A stretch of DNA of 64,000 nt from assembly GCA_051879515.1 (NCBI GenBank), contig JBJEME010000055.1:1961-65960 (forward strand), in the 5' to 3' direction. The notes beneath the pieces were generated by a model. It was not told the DNA's origin. It was given only the letters and a program-made list of their open reading frames with translations, and did no database searches. The translations under genes and the position numbers were made by a program. The first letter of the stretch is position 1, and every line of letters starts with the position of its first letter. This document shows positions 48,119 through 58,382 of the stretch, in pieces. The DNA comes from Lachnospira sp. (GTDB lineage: Bacteria; Bacillota; Clostridia; Lachnospirales; Lachnospiraceae).

Positions 48119-49207
48119 ATGAATTTATCAGAACAGAATATACTTTTCTTTACAAGAACGATGAAGCTTGGGGGTACAGAAAATGTAATTCTTCAATTGT
48201 GTGAAATCTTCAAGCCACTGGTTAATAATATTGTTGTATGTTCATGTGGCGGTGTCAATGTTGAGAAGCTTAATTCAATGGGGATTAAGCATTATGATAT
48301 TCCTGATATAGAAAATAAATCACCTTCAACGATTTATAAAGTATCAAAAACGGTTAAAGATGTTGTAAAAAGGGAGAACATAACGGTAATACACACACAT
48401 CACAGAATGGCAGCCTTTTACGTTTCTCTTTTGCGTTTATATAAGAACCGATATTTTATTAATACAAGTCATAATACATTTTCCGATAAAAAGAGTCTGA
48501 CCAGATATGTGTACAAGCATGCCAATATGATTGCATGCGGTGAAATGGTAAAGAAAAATCTGGTTAATTATTTCGGATTCAATGATGAGAAAGTTACTGT
48601 TATTCATAATGCGGTAAGGTCTTTTGATGGGGCTGTCGTTGAAGAACCGCTGATTACAGAACTTCATAAGAAGGGTTGTTTTGTTGTTGGAAACGTTGGA
48701 AGATTGTCAAAACAAAAAGGGATGGAGTATTATATTAAATCCATACCCGGTGTATTAAAGAAACATCCGGAAGCGAGGTTCATGGTTATTGGCAGCGGAG
48801 AGGACGAAGAGAAGCTTAAAGAACTGGTATGCACTCTTGGATTAGAGGATTATATATACTTTACCGGATACCGTTCTGATATTCAGAACATAATAGAACA
48901 GCTGGATTTAGTGGTTTTAAGTTCTCTATGGGAGGGACTGCCACTTACTCCAATAGAAGCATTTTCTGTTGGAAAGACCATAGTTGCCACTGCTGTCGAT
49001 GGCACTGTTGAAATAGTTGAGGATGGTGTTAATGGAGTGCTGGTGAGAGCAAAAGACAGCGAAGCGTTAACTGAGGGAATTAATTCATTGATTTCAAACG
49101 ATGCGTTAAGAAAAGAGTTTGAATATAATGCAAAGAAACAATTTGATTCGAAATTCTCTTTTAATCATTTGATTAAAAAATATACAACATACTATGAGGG
49201 CTTATAA
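48119..49207 (+). CDS. Glycosyltransferase family 4
   Basis: [28 protein letters not shown]. Confidence 0.93.
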   Translation: MNLSEQNILFFTRTMKLGGTENVILQLCEIFKPLVNNIVVCSCGGVNVEKLNSMGIKHYDIPDIENKSPSTIYKVSKTVKDVVKRENITVIHTHHRMAAFYVSLLRLYKNRYFINTSHNTFSDKKSLTRYVYKHANMIACGEMVKKNLVNYFGFNDEKVTVIHNAVRSFDGAVVEEPLITELHKKGCFVVGNVGRLSKQKGMEYYIKSIPGVLKKHPEARFMVIGSGEDEEKLKELVCTLGLEDYIYFTGYRSDIQNIIEQLDLVVLSSLWEGLPLTPIEAFSVGKTIVATAVDGTVEIVEDGVNGVLVRAKDSEALTEGINSLISNDALRKEFEYNAKKQFDSKFSFNHLIKKYTTYYEGL

Positions 49208-49208
49208 A

Positions 49209-49787
49209 ATGGGAAGTGATAATCATACAAAAAGCTTAGGTAATACAATGCCAAAACCTGTTAAAATGGTTTATTATGCCGTTGTACTTTTTGGAAATGC
49301 AGTAATTAATAAGATTCCAAGCCGTCATCTGAGAAAATGGTTCTACCAGCTGATGGGTGCGAAGATAGGTAAGAATACTTATCCGTGCCGCCGGGTGGAA
49401 GTGCTGCTGCCTCAAGGCCTTACATTAGGAGATGGTGTGGCAGTCGGATGGTTTGCAGAACTTGATGCGCGTGGTGGAATCACAGTTGAACATGATACTA
49501 ATATTTCAAGTCATGTAAAAATGATTACCGGAAGTCATGATATTGATGATCCGTATTTTACGGCGGATTTTAAGCCTATTCATGTAGGACATCACTGCTG
49601 GATAGGAACAGGCGCCACTATACTTCAGGGTGTGACAATAGGAGATGGTGCAGTGGTTGCTGCAGGCGCTGTTGTAACTAAAGATGTTCCGGCTTATGAG
49701 GTATGGGGTGGAGTACCTGCTAAATTCATAAGGCAAAGGACACAGGATCTTCAATACAATATCGGGGCACCGCAGATTCTGCATTAA
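49209..49787 (+). CDS. Hexapeptide-repeat O-acyltransferase
   Basis: [30 protein letters not shown]...GGVPAK. Confidence 0.9.
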   Translation: MGSDNHTKSLGNTMPKPVKMVYYAVVLFGNAVINKIPSRHLRKWFYQLMGAKIGKNTYPCRRVEVLLPQGLTLGDGVAVGWFAELDARGGITVEHDTNISSHVKMITGSHDIDDPYFTADFKPIHVGHHCWIGTGATILQGVTIGDGAVVAAGAVVTKDVPAYEVWGGVPAKFIRQRTQDLQYNIGAPQILH

Positions 49788-49834
49788 TTATTATGTGAAC
49801 TTTAAAAATGATTTAGGAGATTGTCAAAGAGTAT

Positions 49835-50554
49835 ATGATTCCAAAAGTAATTCATTATTGTTGGTTTGGTGGGAAACCATTACCGGATGATGTAAAGAAA
49901 TGCATAAAAACATGGGAAAAGTTTTGCCCGGATTATGAGATTAAGAGGTGGGATGAGAAGAATTTTGATGTTTACTCACACCCATTTATTAAAAGTGCAT
50001 ATGAGGCAAAGGCCTGGGCGTTTGTGTCGGATTATGCCCGACTTAAGATTGTTTATGATGAAGGTGGAATATATCTTGATACAGATGTAGAACTATTAAA
50101 GAATCTGGATTTCTTATTAGAATATAAATTCTATATCGGTGTGCAGCAGCAGGATAATTATTGCACTACGGGACTTGGATTTGGCGCAGAAAAAAACAGC
50201 CCGATAGTTGAATCGATGCTTAAGGTATACGATTCTCTGACATATGAAGATTCACAAAAAACCAATCTGTCCTGTCCTGCGTTGAATGATGGAGTGGTTA
50301 GAAGATTGGGAAATATTGATATAGATAATATAAATATTATTGACGGATGCTGCATCCTGCCTCCGCGCTATATGGATCCAATTGCTCCGGGCGACAATAA
50401 AAATCTTATATGCAATGATAGTATATCGATACACCATTATTCTGCATCATGGGTATCGGGATTTACAAGACTGAAAAGGAAATGTATAAGAGCTTTTGGA
50501 GAAGAGAGATATCATAAGATAAAGAAAATGATATATAAGAACAAAAATCTGTGA
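49835..50554 (+). CDS. Glycosyltransferase family 32 (DXD)
   Basis: MIPKVIHYCWFG, AFVSDYAR, GGIYLDTDVE, HHYSASW. Confidence 0.92.
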   Translation: MIPKVIHYCWFGGKPLPDDVKKCIKTWEKFCPDYEIKRWDEKNFDVYSHPFIKSAYEAKAWAFVSDYARLKIVYDEGGIYLDTDVELLKNLDFLLEYKFYIGVQQQDNYCTTGLGFGAEKNSPIVESMLKVYDSLTYEDSQKTNLSCPALNDGVVRRLGNIDIDNINIIDGCCILPPRYMDPIAPGDNKNLICNDSISIHHYSASWVSGFTRLKRKCIRAFGEERYHKIKKMIYKNKNL

Positions 50555-50576
50555 AATTAATCAGTAGTGGAGTAAA

Positions 50577-51809
50577 ATGATTAGATTAATTAGTTTTCTA
50601 AAAAATAAGGCGTTAGTTCCTTTATTATTTCTTTTTGTTATATTTTTTGATGTTATTTCTAATAATGTTATAGCAGGAAATTATTTGGACGAGTTTATAG
50701 CAATAATGTCGTTTGGTCTAATGCTTTTTTTGATAATAAAGAACAAAAGAGAAGTAGATAAAAAGAAAATTATGGTTGTGATGGCAGCTTTATTATCAAT
50801 ATTTATAGGCGTATTATCAAATATAATCTTTCGGTATGTGACTGATCCCGGGATAATTGTTCGCGATATTGTTGGACTTTATAAGTTCTTTGCAACTTTT
50901 TATGCAGTTGATTATATTTTTGATAATTACAATGCATATTACAAGAGAAGCCTGGTTGCGATTTCTAAAGTATTGATTGTTATAATAGCAGTATTTGGCT
51001 TTGTGTCGCTGTTTGTCAATATAGGGATGGGAAGTGATGTCCGCTACGGGTTAAGAAGCTATAAGTTTATATATAGCTTTTATAATGTCCTTGTTTATAA
51101 CATAGTATTGTTGATTGCTGTTATCTCATGTGAAAAGAAGAAAAATATTATATACTACATTCTTGGGTCATTTTCATTGATTCTGACTTTTAGAACAAAA
51201 GCCTTAATGGTAATAGGAATACTTCTGGTTATTTTCATCTTGAACCGCAAGGATGAGAATAATCTGATTTATGGAAAAATATCTAATAAGCTTAAAGTAA
51301 TAATACCAGCCGGGTTGGTGCTCTTTTTACTGGCAAAGGATAAGATTTTTCAATATATATCTTTTGGAAAATACAACAGTATCAGAATAGGAGCACTTGT
51401 TACGGGATTTGAAATTGCTCTGGATCATTTCCCTTTTGGGGCCGGCTTTGGAACGTATGGTTCAGATTTATCTTATTCATCAAATTCAAAGCTATATGAA
51501 TTATATAATGACATTAATTATGTTGACATGATGAATGCCAATCTGGGATATGCGTCTATGTCAGATACATTCTGGCCGGCTGTTTTTGCGCAAATAGGTT
51601 TAATCGGTCTTGTTATATATCTGTTTTGTATGGCTTCTGTTTTCCTTCATGTAAAGGAGAAAGAAGGTACGCCTGTTTGCTATAAGAATGCATGTATATT
51701 TATTTTGCTGTATATGTTAACTGTAAGCTTGTCTGAAGCAGTATTCATTAATCCGAGTGGAGTTACAGCACCAGTCATTATGGCTCTGCTATTAAATATA
51801 AAAGATTAA
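50577..51809 (+). CDS. wzy: Wzy-like polysaccharide polymerase
   Basis: Multi-TM, very AT-rich, FPFGAGFG loop, position within the locus. Confidence 0.7.
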   Translation: MIRLISFLKNKALVPLLFLFVIFFDVISNNVIAGNYLDEFIAIMSFGLMLFLIIKNKREVDKKKIMVVMAALLSIFIGVLSNIIFRYVTDPGIIVRDIVGLYKFFATFYAVDYIFDNYNAYYKRSLVAISKVLIVIIAVFGFVSLFVNIGMGSDVRYGLRSYKFIYSFYNVLVYNIVLLIAVISCEKKKNIIYYILGSFSLILTFRTKALMVIGILLVIFILNRKDENNLIYGKISNKLKVIIPAGLVLFLLAKDKIFQYISFGKYNSIRIGALVTGFEIALDHFPFGAGFGTYGSDLSYSSNSKLYELYNDINYVDMMNANLGYASMSDTFWPAVFAQIGLIGLVIYLFCMASVFLHVKEKEGTPVCYKNACIFILLYMLTVSLSEAVFINPSGVTAPVIMALLLNIKD

Positions 51810-51877
51810 AATGAATTAAAGACAGGTAGAAAAGAGCCAGATGAAATTATTCGGTTTCGGAAAGGAAGTTAGATAGA

Positions 51878-52936
51878 ATGAGGTTATATCAGATTATTGA
51901 AACTGCTGCAAAGTCGAATACTGCAGGTTCAAAGGCCGTTGACGATATCATAGATATTTCGAATGGTATGGGCTTTGAAAAAGTATACATTGTGAACAAT
52001 GAAATGAATCAAAGCCTGTTATCAAAGTGTCGCAGGCAGATGAATTGTCTATTAGAATGGAACAAGGCATACAAAGCTATAGAAGATGGTTCCGTAGTCC
52101 TTTTGCAGCATCCGTTTCACAGGAGACAAATTGGCAGGAAACATACTCTGATAAAATTAAAGCGTAAAAAGAATGTTAAGTTCATTTCTGTAATACATGA
52201 TGTTGAAGCATTGAGAAAAATAATGAATGATTCATACCATCAAAAAGAATTTTCCATGATGCTTCAGGCAGCTGATATTTTAATTGTACATAATGACAGT
52301 ATGGCGAAATGGTTTACAGATATTGGAGTTTCTGCCGACAAAATCGTTGTATTAAATATTTTTGATTATTTACATAACAATAAAAATAATATAATGCAAA
52401 AACCGGCATTTGAAAAAAAGATTATTATTGCGGGAAATCTTGATGTAAACAAAAGTCAATATATCGGACAGCTTGAACAACTTGAAAAAGTGGCAGTCCA
52501 GCTATATGGACCAAATTTTAATACAGAAATGTTACAATATTCTAATATAAGTTATGGCGGGAGCCTTCCACCGGATGAAGTACCACAGGTTCTTACATCT
52601 GGTTTTGGTCTTGTATGGGATGGCAACAGTATTGAAAAATGCAGTGGCAATACAGGAGAGTACTTAAGATATAACAATCCTCATAAACTGTCGCTATATT
52701 TGTCGTCGGGGTTACCTGTAGTAATATGGAAAGAAGCTGCAGAAGCGGAATTTGTAGTTAAGAATAACGTGGGAATTGTTGTGAATTCGCTGAAAGAATT
52801 ATCATCTGTTTTTGAAGGAATTACCGAGGAAGATTATAACGCTATGGCGAATAATGTTGAAAAGATAGCGGATAAACTAAGGAATGGGGAATATACTAAG
52901 ACCGCACTTAACAAAGCAATTAAACAGATTTCTTAA
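51878..52936 (+). CDS. Putative galactofuranosyltransferase (WbbI-like)
   Basis: NTAGSKA, IHDVE, FGLVWDG, YNNPHKLSLY. Directly upstream of glf. Confidence 0.8.
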   Translation: MRLYQIIETAAKSNTAGSKAVDDIIDISNGMGFEKVYIVNNEMNQSLLSKCRRQMNCLLEWNKAYKAIEDGSVVLLQHPFHRRQIGRKHTLIKLKRKKNVKFISVIHDVEALRKIMNDSYHQKEFSMMLQAADILIVHNDSMAKWFTDIGVSADKIVVLNIFDYLHNNKNNIMQKPAFEKKIIIAGNLDVNKSQYIGQLEQLEKVAVQLYGPNFNTEMLQYSNISYGGSLPPDEVPQVLTSGFGLVWDGNSIEKCSGNTGEYLRYNNPHKLSLYLSSGLPVVIWKEAAEAEFVVKNNVGIVVNSLKELSSVFEGITEEDYNAMANNVEKIADKLRNGEYTKTALNKAIKQIS

Positions 52937-53003
52937 TAATTCAGATAAAATTTATTAAAGTAATAATTATAGAATCTAGGTTGTATGAAATGGAGATAAG
53001 TAA

Positions 53004-54122
53004 ATGTACGATTATTTAGTAGTTGGCTCAGGATTATTCGGAGCAGTATTTGCCCAGCAGGCAAAAGCAAATGGAAAAAGTGTACTGGTTATAGACAAAC
53101 GAAATCATGTGGCTGGAAATGTTTATACAGAAAAAGTGGAGGGCATTAATGTCCACAAATACGGTGCACATATATTTCACACTAACAACAAAGAGGTTTG
53201 GGACTACGTTACAAAGTTTGCAACATTTAATCGTTTTACAAACTCTCCTGTAGCCAATTATAAGGGGGAACTTTATTCGCTTCCGTTTAATATGTACACT
53301 TTTAACAAGATGTGGGGAGTAGTTACACCTGAAGAGGCGATGGAGAAAATAGACGAACAGAGAAAAGAGATTATTGGAGAGCCAAAGAATCTTGAAGAGC
53401 AGGCAATATCTCTTGTAGGTCGTGATATTTATGAGAAGTTAATTAAGGGATATACTGAAAAACAGTGGGGAAGAGATTGTAAAGAACTCCCTTCTTTCAT
53501 TATCAAACGACTTCCGGTACGACTTACTTTTGATAATAATTACTTCAATGCCCTTTATCAGGGAATTCCTGTTGGCGGATACACTAAATTTGTAGAAAAT
53601 ATCCTTGATGGGATAGAAGTTAAATTGGGAGAGGACTACCTGGCTGATAAAGCTAAATGGGATGGAATTGCCGGGAAGGTTGTTTATACCGGGCCAATCG
53701 ATGCATATTTTAAATATTGCTTAGGCACATTGGAATATAGAAGTGTGCGATTTGAAAATGAAATTTTAGATAAGCCAAACTTCCAAGGCAATGCTGCTGT
53801 TAATTACACAGATAGAGAGACTCCGTGGACTAGAATTATAGAGCATAAATGGTTTGAATTTGGCAAGGATGAGAATGGTAACGAATTAGACAAGACTGTA
53901 ATAAGCAGGGAGTATAGCAGTGAGTGGAAGCCGGGAGACGAGCCATACTATCCGGTAAATGATGAAAAGAATGGGGAACTGTATAAGAAATACAAAGAGC
54001 TTGCCGATAAAGAAGAGAAAGTTATCTTTGGCGGAAGACTTGGTGAGTATAAGTACTATGACATGGATGCGGTAATTGCATCTGCGTTGGAGAAATGCAG
54101 GAGTGAATTGCATTATGAATAA
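53004..54122 (+). CDS. glf: UDP-galactopyranose mutase
   Basis: VGSGLFG, HKYGAHIFH, YFNALYQGIP, GDEPYYP, GRLGEYKYYDMD. Confidence 0.97.
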   Translation: MYDYLVVGSGLFGAVFAQQAKANGKSVLVIDKRNHVAGNVYTEKVEGINVHKYGAHIFHTNNKEVWDYVTKFATFNRFTNSPVANYKGELYSLPFNMYTFNKMWGVVTPEEAMEKIDEQRKEIIGEPKNLEEQAISLVGRDIYEKLIKGYTEKQWGRDCKELPSFIIKRLPVRLTFDNNYFNALYQGIPVGGYTKFVENILDGIEVKLGEDYLADKAKWDGIAGKVVYTGPIDAYFKYCLGTLEYRSVRFENEILDKPNFQGNAAVNYTDRETPWTRIIEHKWFEFGKDENGNELDKTVISREYSSEWKPGDEPYYPVNDEKNGELYKKYKELADKEEKVIFGGRLGEYKYYDMDAVIASALEKCRSELHYE

Positions 54123-55083
54123 TAACGAGCCGATTTTATCAATCTGTATTCCTACATATAACAGATCAGAGGCATTGAGGCAGTCACTGGAACGTTATGT
54201 TTCATGCGAAGGTTTTGATGATTCAGTGGAAATTGTTATATCAGATAATGCATCTACTGACAATACCGGAGAAATTGCCGCTGAATATGCTATGAAGTTT
54301 AAGAATATAAAGTATTATAGAAATGAGACAAACGTAAAAGATTCAAATTTTGAACTGGCGTTAAAAAGAGGAACCGGCAGATACTTGAAACTTCAAAATG
54401 ATGCGACACTGTTTGATGTTGATGCGTTGGTTTACATGAAAGACTGTATAAGCAGAAGTGATACGAACCGTCCGATTTTTTTTACTAACGATTTCATATA
54501 CACAAAGTTCAAAGGGCAGGCTAAGATAGAATGTAACTCCTTTGATGAATTTATTTCAGCATTATCAACTTATGTTACCGCAATTTCATGCTTTGGTGTG
54601 TGGAAAGAACAATTGAGTGACGTGCATAACTTTACAAAATATACAGAGTTAATGCTAAATCAGGATGACTGGACTTATCAGTTGTTGGAGAAATACGGCA
54701 AATGCACTTTGTTCAATAAACATTATTATAATGTGTTACCTAAAAATGGCGGAGGTTATCACTGGTTTAAAATTCATCTGGATAATTATTACAAAATAAT
54801 GCAGCCATATATTGATAAAGGTTTAATCGGCAAGAAAACCGTAAAGAAGGATAAGAAAAATCTTTTGTTTCATTTTATGCCGGAACTGAAACATACGTAT
54901 GTGTATCCTGTTAATGGTTGGGCGTTTGAAAAGAAGGGCACATTCAGGTATCTGTGGAAGTACTATAAAAAAGAATGGTATTTTTATGCGCTTATTATAA
55001 TATATCCATTAGCTTTTATTGTTCTAAATCCAATTCATTATGGTAAAAACTGGCTTAATAAACTTATCGCAAGGAAAAGGTAA
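54115..55083 (+). CDS. Glycosyltransferase family 2 (candidate dideoxyhexosyl transferase)
   Basis: LSICIPTYNR, IVISDNASTDNT, QNDD-like motif. Start at ATG 54115. Confidence 0.85.
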   Translation: MNNNEPILSICIPTYNRSEALRQSLERYVSCEGFDDSVEIVISDNASTDNTGEIAAEYAMKFKNIKYYRNETNVKDSNFELALKRGTGRYLKLQNDATLFDVDALVYMKDCISRSDTNRPIFFTNDFIYTKFKGQAKIECNSFDEFISALSTYVTAISCFGVWKEQLSDVHNFTKYTELMLNQDDWTYQLLEKYGKCTLFNKHYYNVLPKNGGGYHWFKIHLDNYYKIMQPYIDKGLIGKKTVKKDKKNLLFHFMPELKHTYVYPVNGWAFEKKGTFRYLWKYYKKEWYFYALIIIYPLAFIVLNPIHYGKNWLNKLIARKR

Positions 55084-55086
55084 TAT

Positions 55087-56535
55087 ATGTCAAATAATTT
55101 AGTGAAGAAGAATACTGTTATAAACATCATTAAGTCTTTATGTTCAATAATATTTCCGTTTATAACATTTCCATATATATCCAGGACATTGTTGCCTGAC
55201 AGTGTAGGAAAAATTAATTTTGGTAATTCTATTGTGAGTTATTTTTCATTGGTTGCCACATTGGGAATTGGCACATATGCCTTAAAAGAATGCTCAAGAA
55301 ACAGGAGCAATAGAGAAGACCTGTCAAAGACAGCCAGTGAAATTTTTTCCATTAACATCTGTTCAACTTTGTTTGCCTACATCGCATTGGGGATTACTTT
55401 ATTTTTCAGGAGCAGTCTGGATAATTACAAAGTATTGATTATAATACAAAGTTCAGTTATTTTATTTAATACCCTTGGTGCTGACTGGATAAATTCAGCA
55501 ATGGAGGATTTCACCTATATAACATTAAGGTCCGTGGGGGTTCAGGTATTATCAATTATTCTAATGTTTATTTTTATACACAGACCTGAAGATTATCTGA
55601 AATACGCACTTATTTCTGTAATTTCCTCAAGTGGTGGTAATATTCTTAATATATTTTACAGAAAGAAATATTGTGATATTCATTTTACATTTAAAATGAA
55701 TATAAAGAAGCACCTGCCACCCATACTTTTATTTTTTTCAATGATTCTTGCTCAGCAGATATATGTTAATTCAGATATTACAATTCTTGGAATTTATAAG
55801 GGTGATTATGAGGTTGGTTTATACAGCACTTCCGTAAAACTTTATAACATAGTTAATACTGTTATTGCATCAGTTTCAACAGTAGTGTGGCCACAAATTG
55901 CGGAAGCATATAAGAAACATAGCCAGGAAGATGTCAACAGACTGGCAAAATATTCTTTGAATTTTATTCTGTTGTTTGGACTTCCGTGTATAATAGGAAT
56001 TAATGTGGTTGCAAAAGAGATAATACTCTTAATAGCCGGAGAACAGTATTTAAACGCGTCAACGTCATTGCATATTCTCACGGTTGCTCTGCTTTTTTCC
56101 TTAATCGGAGGCTGGCTTGGAAGTACCAATTTCTTGCCAAACGGGAAGGAGAAAGTGTGTCTTATAGCTTCTTCGGTAGCTGCTGTAACTAATATAATAT
56201 TGAATTTTTTACTTATTCCCAACTGGGGATTGAATGCCGCGGCATTTACAACCGCTGTTTCTGAAGCTTTGGCATTGGTAGTTTTACTCATAAATTATGA
56301 TAAAGCCATGAAGATAACCGGAATATTTTCAATTCTAAAGGGACCTGTCATTGGCTGTGTATATATTGTCGCAGTCTCACTGATTGTCCGTTTAATAGTT
56401 TCTAATAGTATTGCAATTTGCCTGATTACTATTATTCTGAGTATAATGGGTTATATTGGGATACTTGTTTTAGTAAAAGATGAGTTTTTCCTGAGTTATT
56501 TAAGACCTATAATAAATAAACTGAAAAGGGGATAA
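55087..56535 (+). CDS. wzx: Wzx flippase
   Basis: About 12-14 TM segments, PYISRTL..G.INF, VGLYSTSVK, LIP.WG..AAA. Confidence 0.88.
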   Translation: MSNNLVKKNTVINIIKSLCSIIFPFITFPYISRTLLPDSVGKINFGNSIVSYFSLVATLGIGTYALKECSRNRSNREDLSKTASEIFSINICSTLFAYIALGITLFFRSSLDNYKVLIIIQSSVILFNTLGADWINSAMEDFTYITLRSVGVQVLSIILMFIFIHRPEDYLKYALISVISSSGGNILNIFYRKKYCDIHFTFKMNIKKHLPPILLFFSMILAQQIYVNSDITILGIYKGDYEVGLYSTSVKLYNIVNTVIASVSTVVWPQIAEAYKKHSQEDVNRLAKYSLNFILLFGLPCIIGINVVAKEIILLIAGEQYLNASTSLHILTVALLFSLIGGWLGSTNFLPNGKEKVCLIASSVAAVTNIILNFLLIPNWGLNAAAFTTAVSEALALVVLLINYDKAMKITGIFSILKGPVIGCVYIVAVSLIVRLIVSNSIAICLITIILSIMGYIGILVLVKDEFFLSYLRPIINKLKRG

Positions 56536-56538
56536 AAT

Positions 56539-57321
56539 ATGAAAGTAGTATTGTTAGCAGGTGGTTTTGGAACCAGAATATCAGAAGAATCAATATATAA
56601 ACCTAAGCCAATGGTTGAGATTGGCGGTAAACCGATACTCTGGCATATCATGAAGGAATATTCATATTATGGAATCAATGAATTTATAATATGTGCCGGT
56701 TATAAACAGGATTATATTAAAAAATGGTTTTCTGATTACTTCCTTTCCAACTCTGATGTTACATTTGATTATTGTAATGGAAAGAATGACATTACAATTC
56801 ATCAGTCTAATATAGAACCATGGAAAGTCACTGTCGTTGACACCGGTCTGCATACAATGACCGGTGGAAGAATAAAAAGAATTCAAAAGTATGTTGGTGA
56901 TGAACCATTCTTTATGACTTATGGAGACGGAGTGTGTGATGTTAATATGAACAAGCTTCTTGAATTCCATAAGTCACATGGAAAGATTGCAACATTAACG
57001 GCTGTGCTTCAGGATCAATCAAAAGGTGTACTTGATATTGGCGGGGATAATGCAGTAAAATCTTTTAGAGAAAAGAGTATTAATGATGGGGCACCAATTA
57101 ATGCCGGATATATGGTATTTGAACCTCAGATATTTGATTACATTGAAGGGGATACTACTGTGTTTGAAAAGGAGCCATTAGAGAAACTGGCAGCGGATGG
57201 ACAATTGATGTCATATATGCATAAAGGTTTCTGGCAGTGCATGGACAGTGTAAGAGAAAAGGCAATGCTTGAGAAGTTAATAGAAATGGACGAGGCTCCT
57301 TGGATGAAGTGGGAGAAATAA
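56539..57321 (+). CDS. rfbF: Glucose-1-phosphate cytidylyltransferase
   Basis: LAGGFGTRISEE, PKPMVEIG, TMTGGRIKR, TYGDG, FWQCMD. Confidence 0.95.
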   Translation: MKVVLLAGGFGTRISEESIYKPKPMVEIGGKPILWHIMKEYSYYGINEFIICAGYKQDYIKKWFSDYFLSNSDVTFDYCNGKNDITIHQSNIEPWKVTVVDTGLHTMTGGRIKRIQKYVGDEPFFMTYGDGVCDVNMNKLLEFHKSHGKIATLTAVLQDQSKGVLDIGGDNAVKSFREKSINDGAPINAGYMVFEPQIFDYIEGDTTVFEKEPLEKLAADGQLMSYMHKGFWQCMDSVREKAMLEKLIEMDEAPWMKWEK

Positions 57322-57322
57322 T

Positions 57323-58381
57323 ATGGATTTGAATTTTTATAAAGGAAAGAAAGTTTTAGTTACAGGTCATACAGGTTTCAAAGGAACATGGTTGTGCAGA
57401 ATTTTAGTGAATGCCGGAGCTGATGTCACAGGGTATTCCCTGGAGGCTCCTACTAACCCTTCCCTTTTTTCAATTGCAGGGTTGGAAGGAAAGATGAAAA
57501 GTATAATTGGCGATATAAGAGATTATGACCATCTCTTCAGTGTGTTTGAAGAAAGCCGGCCGGAAATAGTATTTCATCTTGCAGCACAGCCAATAGTAAG
57601 AGACAGCTATAAGGAACCTAAATATACGTATGAAACAAATGTCATGGGAACTGTTAATTTGCTTGAATGTGTAAGACATTTTACCTGTGTGAAGTCAGTA
57701 TTAAATGTTACCACAGACAAGGTTTACCACAATAATGAATGGTGTTGGGGTTATAGAGAGGATGAACCGTTAGATGGATTTGATCCGTACTCTAATTCGA
57801 AATCCTGTTCCGAGCTTGTAACACACAGTTACAAGAATAGTTTCTTTGATGAAAGAGAAATTGCGGTTTCTACTGCAAGAGCCGGTAATGTTATAGGAGG
57901 AGGAGACTTTGCCAATGACAGAATAATACCGGATTGTGTACGGGCAATGGAGAGAGGGGAGATTATAGGAGTGAGAAATCCATATTCAACCCGACCATAC
58001 CAGCATGTTTTAGAGCCATTAAGTGTATATCTTACTATTGCAGCAAAGCAGTATGAGAATAAGGATTATCAGGGGTATTATAATGTTGGACCTGATGATT
58101 GTGATTGTGTTACAACAGGAGATCTGGTTGACTTGTTCTGTTCAAAATGGGGCAGGGATGCCAGGTGGGAAAACCAGGCTGAAGCCAATGCACCGCATGA
58201 AGCTAATTTCTTAAAATTGGATTGCAGTAAAATAAAAAGTGTATTTGGATGGAAGCCAAGGTGGCACATTGACGAATGTATGGAAAAGGTTTGTGAGTTT
58301 TCCAAAGTGTGGTTAAAGGGCGGAGATGTACCGGCAGAAATGGACAAAGAGATAAATGATTTTTTTGAAGAGGAGAAATAA
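57323..58381 (+). CDS. rfbG: CDP-glucose 4,6-dehydratase
   Basis: TGHTGFKGTWL, HLAAQ, TTDKVY, YSNSK, RAGNVIGGGD, RPYQHVLEPL. Confidence 0.95.
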   Translation: MDLNFYKGKKVLVTGHTGFKGTWLCRILVNAGADVTGYSLEAPTNPSLFSIAGLEGKMKSIIGDIRDYDHLFSVFEESRPEIVFHLAAQPIVRDSYKEPKYTYETNVMGTVNLLECVRHFTCVKSVLNVTTDKVYHNNEWCWGYREDEPLDGFDPYSNSKSCSELVTHSYKNSFFDEREIAVSTARAGNVIGGGDFANDRIIPDCVRAMERGEIIGVRNPYSTRPYQHVLEPLSVYLTIAAKQYENKDYQGYYNVGPDDCDCVTTGDLVDLFCSKWGRDARWENQAEANAPHEANFLKLDCSKIKSVFGWKPRWHIDECMEKVCEFSKVWLKGGDVPAEMDKEINDFFEEEK

Positions 58382-58382
58382 G